A stretch of 43,465 nucleotides of DNA from a virus (taxonomy: Duplodnaviria; Heunggongvirae; Uroviricota; Caudoviricetes): IMG/VR virus record IMGVR_UViG_2563366823_000003; one strand, 5' to 3'. Positions 1 to 9,922 of this stretch are shown one piece after another. A program made the translations under genes and the position numbers. The notes below the pieces were generated by a model that saw only the letters and a program-made list of their open reading frames with translations, searched no databases and had not been told where the DNA came from. Every line of letters starts with the position of its first letter. Position 1 is the first letter of the stretch.

Positions 1-84
1 ATGGCGGGTTATTTGTCCGGGTTATTCCCCCGTTGTAAAATCTCTCCTAAACTTAACGGTACGGCACCACACTTCGGGGATGAA

Positions 85-276
85 ATGTTCGCGCTGGTAC
101 TTTTTGTTTGCTACCTGGATGGCGGTTGTGAAGACATTGTTGTGGATATCTACAACACGGAACAGCAGTGTCTTTATTCTATGAGCGATCAACGGATCCG
201 CCATGGCGGTTGTTTTCCGATTGAGGATTTTATAGATGGTTTCTGGCGACCTGCACAGGAGTACGGTGATTTTTAA
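85..276 (+). CDS. yebW: small conserved host protein, 63 aa (YebW-like); the ORF is also open in frame from nt 1
   Basis: ATG at 85 with GGGGA 4-5 nt upstream; 63-codon ORF convergent with pphA, in the position and of the size recalled for K-12 yebW (not searched). Confidence 0.5.
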   Translation: MFALVLFVCYLDGGCEDIVVDIYNTEQQCLYSMSDQRIRHGGCFPIEDFIDGFWRPAQEYGDF

Positions 277-936
277 TTATTGCAATTGCACAAGAGTCAG
301 TTCTCCCCCAAAGACAGCACCGGTATCAATATAATGCAGGTTGCCAATATCCACGCGATGGCGCAAAGGTGTATGACCAAACCAGAAATGATCAGCACCT
401 GCAATTCCCTGCCCTTTTTGGCGTTCACCTAATCGCGAGCGGCTCCACAAGACCTGATGCAAATCGACGTCCTTTTGCCATTCATAGACATCATCTGGAT
501 AATCGGCATGAGCAATAACATGTTTGCCGGTGCGACTGTGTAATTCAAGAATAAAGGGCAAATGCTGACATTTTTCCAGCGCCGTTTTCGCTTGTTTCTG
601 TTGATTATCTGCCAGCGCAATAAACCAGTCGCCGCCATTTATCAACCATAAAGACATCTGCCGGGATGCCAGCGCATCCATCGCCATCTGTTCATGATTG
701 CCTCTTACCGCACGAACCCAATGTTGTTCCAGTAACTGCAGGCAACGTAAACTTTGCGGCCCACGATCGATAACGTCTCCCACTGAGATAAGTAAATCTC
801 GCCACGGATCAAAACGACAATGCCATAATTTGCGGCGCAACTGCTCAAGACAACCGTGTATATCGCCTGAAAGCCAGATATGTCGCCATTGATGACCCGC
901 AATTCTCTGATAAACGGGCGCAGGCTGTTTCATCAA
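277..936 (-). CDS. pphA: serine/threonine protein phosphatase 1 (calcineurin-like metallophosphoesterase)
   Basis: 218-aa product with GDIHG, GDVIDRG and GNHE metallophosphatase motifs; near-identical to E. coli PphA/PrpA as recalled. Confidence 0.9.
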   Translation of the reverse strand: MMKQPAPVYQRIAGHQWRHIWLSGDIHGCLEQLRRKLWHCRFDPWRDLLISVGDVIDRGPQSLRCLQLLEQHWVRAVRGNHEQMAMDALASRQMSLWLINGGDWFIALADNQQKQAKTALEKCQHLPFILELHSRTGKHVIAHADYPDDVYEWQKDVDLHQVLWSRSRLGERQKGQGIAGADHFWFGHTPLRHRVDIGNLHYIDTGAVFGGELTLVQLQ

Positions 937-1067
937 TATTTTCCTCCCGCGCTAAAGATCACATAATCTTAACAAGAATGTTAAAAAACGCTGGACTCAG
1001 ACAGTAGAGTGTGTGTTATGGTTGACTATAAAGTCAGCGAAGGGAATGCTTCTGGCTTTTAACAGAT

Positions 1068-1098
1068 AAAAAGAGACCGAACACGATTCCTGTTTTCG
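1068..1098. repeat. attL: left copy of the att core (3'-terminal segment of sdsR)
   Basis: aaaaagagaccgaacacgattcctgttttcg repeats 42864-42898 with 2 mismatches and one indel; host-type end ggtctcttttt retained on the minus strand. Confidence 0.7.
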
Positions 1099-1397
1099 TC
1101 AACAAACAACAAAATCTTTTAGAATTAATGTGTTAAATAAATTTATGCTCATCTTTTAATCCCTAACACATACCATTACATATTAATACATTCAATTAGT
1201 TACCATTTTTTTCGAGTTTTTTAGAGAAATTTTCGGGAATATTTCAGATCAATCCATGCATACACAAGCAATTCCTGTATTGAATAATTCCGTAGCAATT
1301 ATGTAAAATCACCTCCGGCTGATTTTCATTCAAACTCGCGCTATCGAACGTCCATCAGCCAGCCGTGGCACGTTCTTGCATACGACGTGCTACGGTT

Positions 1398-1527
1398 TCA
1401 TTTATCTCCGACCGGAAACTTCTTATACAAAGTCGATACGCCAACATCATAGATGATCGCCACCTTCTGGCGAGAAACTCCTGATGCAATTAGTCGTCCA
1501 GCCTGCGCCCATTGCTCCGGCGTGAGA
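1398..1527 (-). pseudogene. pin: 3' remnant of a Pin/Gin/Hin-family DNA invertase (C-terminal HTH only)
   Basis: Minus-strand translation LTPEQWAQAGRLIASGVSRQKVAIIYDVGVSTLYKKFPVGDK* matches the recalled C-terminus of E. coli Pin; no N-terminal resolvase domain upstream. Confidence 0.7.
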
Positions 1528-1610
1528 GTAAGACAGTAAACTGTAGAAAAATCTCATTAAACTTAATATAATAATAAGTTACAGAATTATCTTTACTGAA
1601 TAATAGATAT

Positions 1611-2156
1611 ATGAACATTAGTGAACTTAAAAACTGTATACACTATGAAGTAATAGGTTATAAACGCCCTTTCTCCTGGCGAAAAGCAATTGTTCGCGCA
1701 ATAAAACACAGAAGATTACGTTATTTATTTTGGTGGCGCATAGCAAAATATCTTTTTGATAAAGGCGGATACCGGCGAAAGGTTGCAGGAAAAATAGAAC
1801 GCTTCATTCTTGATAAATACAATGTAACCGTTCCCTTAACTGTAAATATTGGTAAAGGGTTCGACATATCTTATCTCAATGGCGTTGTTATCGGTCACAA
1901 AGTTACAATAGGTGAAAATTGTTCAATTAAGCCTGGAGTAACTATTGGACTTCGCGGTGAATTTAATGATATGGATATTGTCATAGGAAATAATGTAACC
2001 ATCGGCTGTAACGCCACCATCCTTGGTGGCAAAGTGCATATAGGGAATAATGTAAAAATAGGAGCTCATGCATTAGTACTGCATGACATTCCTGATGACT
2101 CCACATTCATTACTAAATTTCACTCTGAAATTATTTATAACTCATCTCACACATAA
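1611..2156 (+). CDS. hexapeptide-repeat (left-handed beta-helix) acyl/acetyltransferase; low-GC cargo gene
   Basis: 181 aa with repeated [LIV]G-x-x-x-x hexapeptide units (VIGHKVTIGENCSIKPGVTIG, VIGNNVTIGCNATILGGKVHIGNNVKIG); AT-rich relative to flanking phage genes. Confidence 0.75.
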   Translation: MNISELKNCIHYEVIGYKRPFSWRKAIVRAIKHRRLRYLFWWRIAKYLFDKGGYRRKVAGKIERFILDKYNVTVPLTVNIGKGFDISYLNGVVIGHKVTIGENCSIKPGVTIGLRGEFNDMDIVIGNNVTIGCNATILGGKVHIGNNVKIGAHALVLHDIPDDSTFITKFHSEIIYNSSHT

Positions 2157-2238
2157 TTCCGTTTAATCACAGCTCTGGCCATACGATATCCGGGGCTGTA
2201 TTTATATCAATCCGACTCACTAATACCCGGTATTTTTT

Positions 2239-2739
2239 CTAGGAAGATAGCATCGAGACTTCCTCATCAGTTGCCATTTCAAAATTAACAGCATCCTGCA
2301 GAATTGTTATGTTATCAGTCGCTTCCTGGATTAATCTTGCCTTTTTCTCTTCCGCCTCCCGGATCCGGAACAGTTTTTCTGCTTCTGCATCTTTCACCCA
2401 AGCTGTGCCGTTCCACTTCTGAAACTCCCCATCCGGCGACAACCAGGTGACATTTTCCGGTAATGGGCCAAGTTCAGAAATAAATAACGCGTCCCCTGAT
2501 GCCACGTCATAAACCGTTTTACCCCGATGGTCTTCAACGAGATGCCACGATGCCTCATCACTGTTGAAAACAGCCACAAAGCCAGCCGGAATATCTGGCG
2601 GTGCAATATCGGTACTGTTTGCAGGCAGACCTGTATGAGGCGGAATATATGCGTCACCTTCACCAATAAATTCATTAGTTCCGGCCAGCAGGTTATAAAT
2701 TTTTATGGTCCGTGCTTGTTCACTCATTCTGAATGCCAT
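2239..2739 (-). CDS. tfa: tail fibre assembly protein (lambda Tfa family)
   Basis: N-terminus [57 protein letters not shown] closely matches recalled lambda Tfa; ATG overlaps the stop of the upstream fibre gene. Confidence 0.85.
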   Translation of the reverse strand: MAFRMSEQARTIKIYNLLAGTNEFIGEGDAYIPPHTGLPANSTDIAPPDIPAGFVAVFNSDEASWHLVEDHRGKTVYDVASGDALFISELGPLPENVTWLSPDGEFQKWNGTAWVKDAEAEKLFRIREAEEKKARLIQEATDNITILQDAVNFEMATDEEVSMLSS

Positions 2740-3836
2740 TATGCGAGCCTCACAATATAGTTAAATGCGATGTTTTTGACGGTGTTTTCCGCGTTACCAG
2801 CAGCGTTAACGGTGATGGTGTGTCCATGTGAACCAATCGCAACAGAGTGCGTATGTGCACCAATAGCGACAGTATGTGTATGCGCCCCAGCACTTGCTGC
2901 AGTACCTGATACTGAGTGGGTATGCGCGCCAGCAGAATTCGTTGCACCTAAGTGAGTTTGAGCAGAGTTCGACGAAGCTACTCTACCGGAGCTAACGTTA
3001 GCATTATCCCCCTGAGATATCGGATGCGTATGTGCACCTGCTGAAGCTGCTGTTCCGCTAACGCTATGGGTATGCGCACCAGTGTTATTCGTAGATTTAG
3101 TTCCATAATCAAACGATGATGTGTTTTTTGTCCCTAAATCTGTATTGGAAGCACTGGCGCTGTGGGTGTGCGATTTAATGCCGTCCTGTTCCTGGCTAAG
3201 AACATCACGTCCACTTGCAGGCTTACCTTTGATTGTCCAGCCACGCATATCAGGGATCACGCCTGACGGATAAGCGGCTGCAAGTTTCGGGTATGCAGAC
3301 TTGTCAAAAGTCTGTCCCTGCATCAGAGCATAACCAGATGGAACTGTATCTGATGGCCACGGGATCGGGGCACCTACAGGAAAGGTCGAATTATTTTCCA
3401 AACCAAGATATTTAAGGACATCAGCAACAGAGCTTTTTGCCAAAATATCTCGCCCAACCTGTGTCAGGTCAGCCAAATTAGCGGTATCTTGATTGGTAAA
3501 ATACGGTAATTTGTTTTCGGATGCTGAAAGATTAGCAAGTGCGGTAAGTATGGCATTAATTCTCTGATAGTTCTTATCTAATGCAGACGACATTTTTGCG
3601 ATAAATCCGGCCTGATCGCCATCGTCCTGTACATCCAGTCCACTTTCATTTGCTGTATATTGTGCCATTGCAGATGCAATAAAGCTGGCCTGCCGAATAA
3701 CCTTATTGACTTGCGCACTGGATGCTTTCCCTGCTGTAAATCCGGATAAAAGCGCAGGTAATGCTTCCCATTCCTCCTGCGACATAACATTGGCATTCCG
3801 ATCAGTTGCAAACGCTTTAAAGTCATTTTTCGCCAT
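2739..3836 (-). CDS. side tail fibre protein with His-rich C-terminal repeats (GAHTHS x5)
   Basis: 365-aa ORF immediately upstream of tfa; repeated [15 protein letters not shown] units; start placed at ATG 3836 overlapping the upstream stop (TGATG). Confidence 0.8.
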   Translation of the reverse strand: MAKNDFKAFATDRNANVMSQEEWEALPALLSGFTAGKASSAQVNKVIRQASFIASAMAQYTANESGLDVQDDGDQAGFIAKMSSALDKNYQRINAILTALANLSASENKLPYFTNQDTANLADLTQVGRDILAKSSVADVLKYLGLENNSTFPVGAPIPWPSDTVPSGYALMQGQTFDKSAYPKLAAAYPSGVIPDMRGWTIKGKPASGRDVLSQEQDGIKSHTHSASASNTDLGTKNTSSFDYGTKSTNNTGAHTHSVSGTAASAGAHTHPISQGDNANVSSGRVASSNSAQTHLGATNSAGAHTHSVSGTAASAGAHTHTVAIGAHTHSVAIGSHGHTITVNAAGNAENTVKNIAFNYIVRLA

Positions 3837-4516
3837 CAGAGTAATACTCCCCATGCCCCTACATCAAAACCACTGATAAATTCGTTATCCATATCAAAAC
3901 CAAAAAATTTTGAGCCTTCCGATGGAGTTTCCACCGAAGGTGTTTCAATGCCACCCGCCCACACCCCGGCGGCTTTTACTGTGAGATATCCCTGTTTAAT
4001 TGCAGCAATTAACTCACGCGATACATCTGAAATATCAGTATCAGGAAAGACCCAGACCGATATCGTCATGTCCTGGTTATCGACAATCTGCATTCGCAGC
4101 CCGGATCCTGCTGTCGCCGCGTCAAGAATTGCTGGAAGCGAATCATTCCGTCCGTCCCAGTTATTAATCGCAATCTTCGCTTTAAGGATGGCACGATAAG
4201 TTTCATCGCTGAGGTACATGTATCCGGAATCAGGATCGTATGGTCCCTGCCATACACCCTGATCATATCCAAGCCCGTCGGTATCCCAGCTGAAATAGAC
4301 ACCTGAGATAGGCTGGCTGACAACACGGCTACGTCCGATCCACAATCCCAGAATGTCAAGTTGCACACCAACCGCAGAGTCAATATCAAATGCAGTAATC
4401 AGCCCTCTGGTGGCAGCCGCAACATCAATAAGCGGCCGGGTCATCAGATCAACATGTGCAAGAAATTTAGGTTTGGTGGCGTGATAGTTTGTGATTAGTT
4501 CGGTGTATTTGCTCAT
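3836..4516 (-). CDS. putative tail/baseplate protein (Mu gp48-like position, YmfQ-like)
   Basis: 226-aa ORF between the baseplate J-like gene and the tail fibre gene, overlapping both; family assignment from recall only. Confidence 0.5.
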   Translation of the reverse strand: MSKYTELITNYHATKPKFLAHVDLMTRPLIDVAAATRGLITAFDIDSAVGVQLDILGLWIGRSRVVSQPISGVYFSWDTDGLGYDQGVWQGPYDPDSGYMYLSDETYRAILKAKIAINNWDGRNDSLPAILDAATAGSGLRMQIVDNQDMTISVWVFPDTDISDVSRELIAAIKQGYLTVKAAGVWAGGIETPSVETPSEGSKFFGFDMDNEFISGFDVGAWGVLL

Positions 4517-5712
4517 GACTCCACCGTTATAACGATATTTTCCGGGGTACAGGACGCAGATTCGTTATATCTGATATCAATGTTTGATGACGACAAAGCC
4601 CCCGGGGATTTCCCAATCGTCAGTTCCTGAATATCGTAATAGCGTGCATTCCCGCCACTCGCCACGCCAAGATTCGCCGGTGAGTAAATGCGACTTAAAA
4701 GGACTGAATCACCAATCGTCAGACTATTGATATAGTCGGAAATAGCCTGCTGGATCTGCTGCCCTATCTGTGAGGTATAACCCGTAAAAACTTTTAATTT
4801 AATCCGGGCATAAACAGGCACATCACTGGAACGCGAGAATTTGATTACATGGGGATTGCCGTATTTATCCGGAACCGTAACGGATGTTGTACCGTGAGTG
4901 GCTGTCCCCTGGCCTTTATTCCCTCTGATAGCCTGAGCAATATCCGTCACATCACCGCCATCCACAATTACAGCAACAGAGTGTGGCGGTAACCCGTTAC
5001 CGTCCTCCGAACCAGTATCGTTTTCATAGAGTTTGTGGCGGGTTACACCGGTAACATTAGAAACAGCACCATCCAGTGCTTCAAATGGGGTTATTGATGG
5101 CAACGCAACACTTTGCGACTGGCGGATACGTAACTCCGCGTCAGTTTCTGCCGGAGTGCCCACAGTAGCCGCAGCAGGATTAGTTACCGAAACCCAGCCA
5201 CGGGTTGGCGTATTAATTTCAGTGATAGTTCCAGCCAGCGCCGCCACTGCACCACTGACGGAACATGTTGCGGTCACCATCACTGTACCATCCACGCCGA
5301 CCACCACTGAAGCAGGCAAACGCCATATCACATTATTACTGTCTTTCACGCTGCCATTAATGATGGTTGTTCCGGCAGTTCCTGTAAGAAGCAAATCAAC
5401 CGTAGAATTCGTCGCGCCTTTACGTGAAATACCATTTATTTTCACGTTACTGGTCAGTGCGGCCCCATAGCCGGTTGCTGGTGAAAAACAGTTGTAGACA
5501 GTTATCGCCATATTATTGGCATCATGAATCGCCAGCGCTATCAGAGCCACCATCTGACCGTCTTTACTGTCCGGTTCGAGGTAGGCATCACTACCATAAA
5601 TCTGCTGAAAATAGCTAATCAGGGTGCTGAGTATCGTCTGATAATCAGGCGCACTGATCCCCTCCGCGGTTACCTTTGCAGATAAACCGAGAGAATCAAG
5701 GTTCAGAGCCAT
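4513..5712 (-). CDS. baseplate J-like protein (Mu gp47 / P2 gpJ family)
   Basis: 399-aa ORF in conserved baseplate gene order; size and position typical of baseplate J. Confidence 0.6.
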   Translation of the reverse strand: MALNLDSLGLSAKVTAEGISAPDYQTILSTLISYFQQIYGSDAYLEPDSKDGQMVALIALAIHDANNMAITVYNCFSPATGYGAALTSNVKINGISRKGATNSTVDLLLTGTAGTTIINGSVKDSNNVIWRLPASVVVGVDGTVMVTATCSVSGAVAALAGTITEINTPTRGWVSVTNPAAATVGTPAETDAELRIRQSQSVALPSITPFEALDGAVSNVTGVTRHKLYENDTGSEDGNGLPPHSVAVIVDGGDVTDIAQAIRGNKGQGTATHGTTSVTVPDKYGNPHVIKFSRSSDVPVYARIKLKVFTGYTSQIGQQIQQAISDYINSLTIGDSVLLSRIYSPANLGVASGGNARYYDIQELTIGKSPGALSSSNIDIRYNESASCTPENIVITVES

Positions 5713-6065
5713 TACGCCTCCGATGTAACAGTCGTTATTCCATAGAGAGTGTCGATTTCAGCGGAAAACATGACACGTCGGGTCGTGGTATCCACCGTCG
5801 TATTGAAAGAGAGGATTGATTTAACGCCCCGCGTTTCGAGGATGCGCTTACGGATCGCCAGGTTGTAGGTTTCCGGCTTCTGCTTACCGAGCACGGACTG
5901 GATCCACGGAGTCCCTTCGGTGGTGTCGAGAAACCATTGCCCATACCACAATTCGAATCGCGTTTTCACAGCCTGTGCTACGGCCTCAGGCGAGTTAATC
6001 AGCCAGGTGTCATCACCGCTGCCAAAGGTGTAATCGCCATCGGCGTCTTCACGTCTGTATCGCAT
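5712..6065 (-). CDS. putative baseplate protein (Mu gp46-like position)
   Basis: 117-aa ORF translationally coupled to flanking baseplate genes. Confidence 0.45.
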   Translation of the reverse strand: MRYRREDADGDYTFGSGDDTWLINSPEAVAQAVKTRFELWYGQWFLDTTEGTPWIQSVLGKQKPETYNLAIRKRILETRGVKSILSFNTTVDTTTRRVMFSAEIDTLYGITTVTSEA

Positions 6066-6817
6066 CAGTTTACCCCATCGGTATTGCTTCCACCGCGCTG
6101 AACACCACCATGAGTGTGCGTATCATCGATTGGCTTGCCGTTAGCCTTCACGCTCCCCAAAAACTCAACAGCACCAGTGATTTTTGAAGCCACACCAGAA
6201 ACCACAGACCCCACCATGCCCCCCAACCAGGTTAACAGGCCATGAATGGTTACTTTCTCAGAAAAATCAGCCAGAGGGGCAACCACATCAAGACCACCCG
6301 GAGCGACAATTTTAATTTTCCCGGTATCAGGATTAAGCTCAAAATAGGTGCTGCCATCGTCACTACGCAACTGTGTGGCACTGGTATTAATACCGCTAAT
6401 CTTCCTAGCCTGCGACTGGGGACCGACAATACAAAACGCATCCGATAAATCATGCATTCTGTCATCAACAGGCTCCTGTATCCCGCCGTTCTGCCACCAG
6501 AAATCAATACAACGATCGGCAAAAACGACAAGACACTCATCCCCAGCTTTTACCGGAAAAGTCAACGTACAGCCTCCGCCGCGCGGGAATACCACTGGCA
6601 CATCCACCAGCAATGGGTAATTTTTGGTAATGCGGTTACCGTAGTTATCCTTTTCAACCGAACGGATAGCTGGCTGCACAACCGCCGTCACCGCGTCAGG
6701 ATCGAATGACTGAATAATGCCAGGCAAGGCGACGCGGATCTGGTTCTTTGTTGTTTCCCGCTCGGACTTGAATGTTTCGGCAAGGTCACCGCTACGAGTC
6801 TGGTCTGATATGGCCAT
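6065..6817 (-). CDS. putative baseplate spike/hub protein (Mu gp45-like position)
   Basis: ORF with AGGAG 8 nt upstream of ATG 6817; the track start at 6850 is less likely. Confidence 0.45.
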   Translation of the reverse strand: MAISDQTRSGDLAETFKSERETTKNQIRVALPGIIQSFDPDAVTAVVQPAIRSVEKDNYGNRITKNYPLLVDVPVVFPRGGGCTLTFPVKAGDECLVVFADRCIDFWWQNGGIQEPVDDRMHDLSDAFCIVGPQSQARKISGINTSATQLRSDDGSTYFELNPDTGKIKIVAPGGLDVVAPLADFSEKVTIHGLLTWLGGMVGSVVSGVASKITGAVEFLGSVKANGKPIDDTHTHGGVQRGGSNTDGVN

Positions 6818-6830
6818 TTGATAAACTCCT

Positions 6831-6858
6831 GAAAACAAAAAACCCGCCAAGTGGCGGG
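6831..6858 (-). terminator. rho-independent terminator closing the inserted moron
   Basis: Perfect 7-bp stem acccgcc/ggcgggt with 4-nt loop, followed on the minus strand by TTTTTTGTTTT. Confidence 0.6.
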
Positions 6859-6878
6859 TCTACAGGAACAACTCTAAG

Positions 6879-7050
6879 TTTATTTTTTCTGTTTAAAATT
6901 GTCCAACTCAGGTTCTTTAACGCTTTCTGTCATGTAATCCAATCCATCAAAAGGTACTTCAAGCATTATACTGCTTTCATAATCAGCCATGGATTGCTCT
7001 GCTTGCGTTGGCTTACTTTGCTGTGAGTTGTCATTATTTGATGTTGTCAT
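6879..7050 (-). CDS. small acidic hypothetical protein (56 aa), distal gene of the moron
   Basis: ORF MTTSNNDNSQQSKPTQAEQSMADYESSIMLEVPFDGLDYMTESVKEPELDNFKQKK, below the track size cutoff; starts 3 nt after the upstream stop and is followed by the terminator. Confidence 0.35.
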
Positions 7051-7053
7051 CAA

Positions 7054-7608
7054 CTATGCCTTATTTATCAAAAGAAAAGTAACCGATAATATGAAAAAAC
7101 CGAAAGATAACGCAATTCCTTCAAAAAGATAACGAGCATAAACTGCCTTTTCTTTATGAAGACTTTCGATCAATTCAACAGCTTTACCATACTGAAACAT
7201 ATGGTATCTAAGCGTTTTAATTTTATCACCGTAAAGTAAAAAATCATGCTCTTCTTTTCGCTTATGAATAGGCATTTTTGGTATATCTTTCAGTCCCCAA
7301 GTACGCCATAGGAAAAAAAAGCACATAACAATACAAACAAAGCACAGATATGCACAAAGTATAGATAATGTTAAAAACCAATTACTCTTTAGCCCACTTT
7401 TGAAATCAACAGTCCCAAATACAGCCAGTAGAGCAGAGGTTTCTACAGCTAAAATAGCAAGAAGGTAGTTAACTTTGTCCTCAAGACGACGATATGTTGA
7501 TTTTGCTTCCTCATATCTATCTTTATAATATGACGAAATAAAATCAGCGCCTATAGTCTCAATTGCCTTTTGTTCTTCTGTTGTATCTATTGGCGAACGC
7601 TTGCTCAT
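7054..7608 (-). CDS. hypothetical integral membrane protein (2-3 predicted TM helices); low-GC moron
   Basis: 184 aa with hydrophobic stretches LLAILAVETSALLAVFG, FLTLSILCAYLCFVCIVMCFFFLW and IALSFGFFILSVTFLLI; markedly AT-rich compared with flanking baseplate genes. Confidence 0.6.
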   Translation of the reverse strand: MSKRSPIDTTEEQKAIETIGADFISSYYKDRYEEAKSTYRRLEDKVNYLLAILAVETSALLAVFGTVDFKSGLKSNWFLTLSILCAYLCFVCIVMCFFFLWRTWGLKDIPKMPIHKRKEEHDFLLYGDKIKTLRYHMFQYGKAVELIESLHKEKAVYARYLFEGIALSFGFFILSVTFLLINKA

Positions 7609-7615
7609 TTCTTAA

Positions 7616-7963
7616 TCAACCAACAACTTTCTTACACGGGAAAGAGCCAATAATTTTCGGAGCATCCATGCTGTTCTGCAACAACTGGACGTTCAGGAAA
7701 CGCGTTTTAGTGCCCGGTCGATGGATATACTCGAACCCATAATTGTTGCCATCTTTGGCAGGCATCAGCTCCATTTTGATCTGCATGCCTGTACCGTCTT
7801 TACCCAACATTTTTACTTTTTGGGACGTTACTGTTTCGCCATTGATTTTAAATAATGAGTCAGGGATCGCATCCATACGAAAGTTGCCGCATTGCATCGT
7901 TATGGTGTTTGCACTTACACCAACAGACACTAACGCCAGCAATGAAAATATCCATCGTTTCAT
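7616..7963 (-). CDS. hypothetical secreted/periplasmic protein (115 aa) with Sec signal peptide
   Basis: Start at ATG 7963 (GAGAGGA upstream) gives MKRWIFSLLALVSVGVSA signal peptide; two Cys in the mature part; the track's longer N-terminus is unlikely. Confidence 0.55.
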   Translation of the reverse strand: MKRWIFSLLALVSVGVSANTITMQCGNFRMDAIPDSLFKINGETVTSQKVKMLGKDGTGMQIKMELMPAKDGNNYGFEYIHRPGTKTRFLNVQLLQNSMDAPKIIGSFPCKKVVG

Positions 7964-7965
7964 TT

Positions 7966-9030
7966 CTATAATCCTCTCTGCAAAGCAGTGCTGGATGGCA
8001 TATCCTGCGCACCGCGCGCTTCGCACATCATATCCATGTACCACGCCTGGCCCCTTGTGTCGCCAGTGTACATAATCCCGCGCACAATATAAACGCCATC
8101 CGTTGCGATGCTGGCAGGCTGCGATGTGGTGCCGCTTAGCGTGATATTTCCATCCGTGTTCTGGTCGGTGATCTGACCACCAGCCATCGCAATATCGTTG
8201 TTCGACAACGCGGTACGATACACTGAAACCTGATCCAGCTGAATGAGTCCGTTAACCCGGATGTTCGGATTAATAAGCGCGCGGACGTTTACGCCGTTAC
8301 CGATAGTCTGCTGCGGCATGCCAATAAGCCCGGTAGCGCTGTTGAGCACAATCGCTTCATGAACATATTCGTTATTCGCCACCATCTGGCGCTGGCCGTC
8401 CACGAATTGCCATGTTGCGCCACATTGCCCGGCTACGTTATCCATTAGATGCCGCGTCATGCCAAAGAGTACCCGCCCCCGGGGGAATACAGTAGCAGGC
8501 ATTTCAGGCGTCAGGCCTTCGGTCGCGCCTTTGGCTTCGAAGTCTTTCATCAGCGCACGGCTCACATCAGCGACCGTGTAACCGGCAGCCAGCGTCTGTG
8601 AGGTTATACTGGTGGCAAAAGCCAGATCTGTATCGGCTGCCTGAATCAGGACGTAGGTATCAACCGGACTGTCTTTTCCTGTGACCGAGTAGCGAATTTC
8701 ACCGCTGAAAATCAGTCCGTAGTTGCGGCCATCACTCTGGCCCACGTCCGCCGCGTCAACTTCCCGCACTGTCCCGACGTCGCTTGCCGACACCTCCGGC
8801 GCGATACCGTCGTAACCCGCAATCAGACGCACTTTCGAAAACTCCTGCCCGGTGATTCGGTTCACAGTATCTGCCGAGAGGTTATAAATTTTGATAGTCC
8901 CTACCCGGGACGCGCTGCTGATGTTGAACCAGTCGATCGTAAAGGTGACTTTAAAATCACTTAGCTCAATTCCCTGACCGTTCCCGTCCACAAGCTGCAG
9001 CTCGAAATGTCTCATCCAGTTCTGTGACAT
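7966..9030 (-). CDS. putative baseplate hub protein (Mu gp44-like position)
   Basis: ORF in the tail module; ATG 9030 preceded by GGAG, immediately after the upstream stop. Confidence 0.5.
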   Translation of the reverse strand: MSQNWMRHFELQLVDGNGQGIELSDFKVTFTIDWFNISSASRVGTIKIYNLSADTVNRITGQEFSKVRLIAGYDGIAPEVSASDVGTVREVDAADVGQSDGRNYGLIFSGEIRYSVTGKDSPVDTYVLIQAADTDLAFATSITSQTLAAGYTVADVSRALMKDFEAKGATEGLTPEMPATVFPRGRVLFGMTRHLMDNVAGQCGATWQFVDGQRQMVANNEYVHEAIVLNSATGLIGMPQQTIGNGVNVRALINPNIRVNGLIQLDQVSVYRTALSNNDIAMAGGQITDQNTDGNITLSGTTSQPASIATDGVYIVRGIMYTGDTRGQAWYMDMMCEARGAQDMPSSTALQRGL

Positions 9031-9032
9031 GC

Positions 9033-9335
9033 TTACTCCGTTGATACCAGTAAATGACTGCAACCGCCCAAGTCAGTTTTCGTGGGATAATCCTGTGTGT
9101 TGTCATCGCAGACCACCACCAGCTTAAAACCAAGCCCCATACAGGCGTACTGCGCCAGCAAGTCAGCACCAGTGACGAGAGGAATACCGGAGATTACCGG
9201 CTCCCCTCTGTCGTTCTGCAGGTCCATAATCCAGTAAAGATCGCGCCATATGATGCTAATCCGCCAGGTGACACCACCCAGGACGATGCTGAACTGCTGA
9301 TTGTCCGCTGTCAGCGGAATTTCCTGAATTGTCAT
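9033..9335 (-). CDS. hypothetical tail protein
   Basis: 100-aa ORF coupled between tail genes. Confidence 0.4.
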   Translation of the reverse strand: MTIQEIPLTADNQQFSIVLGGVTWRISIIWRDLYWIMDLQNDRGEPVISGIPLVTGADLLAQYACMGLGFKLVVVCDDNTQDYPTKTDLGGCSHLLVSTE

Positions 9336-9922
9336 TATCCGCCTCCCAGTAATGACGCCACGTTACCCGTGATGCTTTTCAGCAGTGAAGTATCTGGAGG
9401 CTTTGTGGTTTTGTTGCCGCTATTCTGTACCGCCGACGTGCTGGCCCCTTCCTTCATGTTGGTTTTATCCGCGACGGTAATCTGCTGTGTCCGGGAGATA
9501 AGGACCTCCCTCAGGGTGAGGACGGCGGACAGGACGTTTTCGGTTGTCTTGTCCGTCGTCACTTCCAGCGCCCGGATCAACATGTTGCTGTACAGTCGTT
9601 TACCGGTTACCACATCGAAGGGGATACGGCTTTCCTGCAGATCCAGTAGCTCCTGATACGTCTGCTGAGGACTCAGGCCGAGCAGGCTGGTAGCCGTCAG
9701 GTTACTGGCAAAATCCAGCAATGTGCCGCCACCGGCGAAACCAACCTCCATCACCACTTCTGACGGTTTTTTATAGGCATGATCAGCGACAGCAGCCCCG
9801 ACCTCTACCGGATGCTCGGTTATTTCAAGCATATCTGTATGCTTCTCTGAAATAACAACACCGGGAACAATCATTCCTATTTTTCTGCTCTGCTGATGAA
9901 AAAGTGTAGAGAGAATATCCAC
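9335..9922 (-). CDS. hypothetical tail protein (immediately downstream of tape measure)
   Basis: 195-aa ORF; its start abuts the tape-measure stop. Confidence 0.4.
   Translation of the reverse strand: MDILSTLFHQQSRKIGMIVPGVVISEKHTDMLEITEHPVEVGAAVADHAYKKPSEVVMEVGFAGGGTLLDFASNLTATSLLGLSPQQTYQELLDLQESRIPFDVVTGKRLYSNMLIRALEVTTDKTTENVLSAVLTLREVLISRTQQITVADKTNMKEGASTSAVQNSGNKTTKPPDTSLLKSITGNVASLLGGG

Noticed and set aside
1-84. N-terminal 28-codon extension of the yebW-like ORF starting at nt 1
   Set aside because: Internal ATG at 85 has a Shine-Dalgarno and gives the 63-aa size recalled for yebW; the upstream part may belong to sequence left of the window
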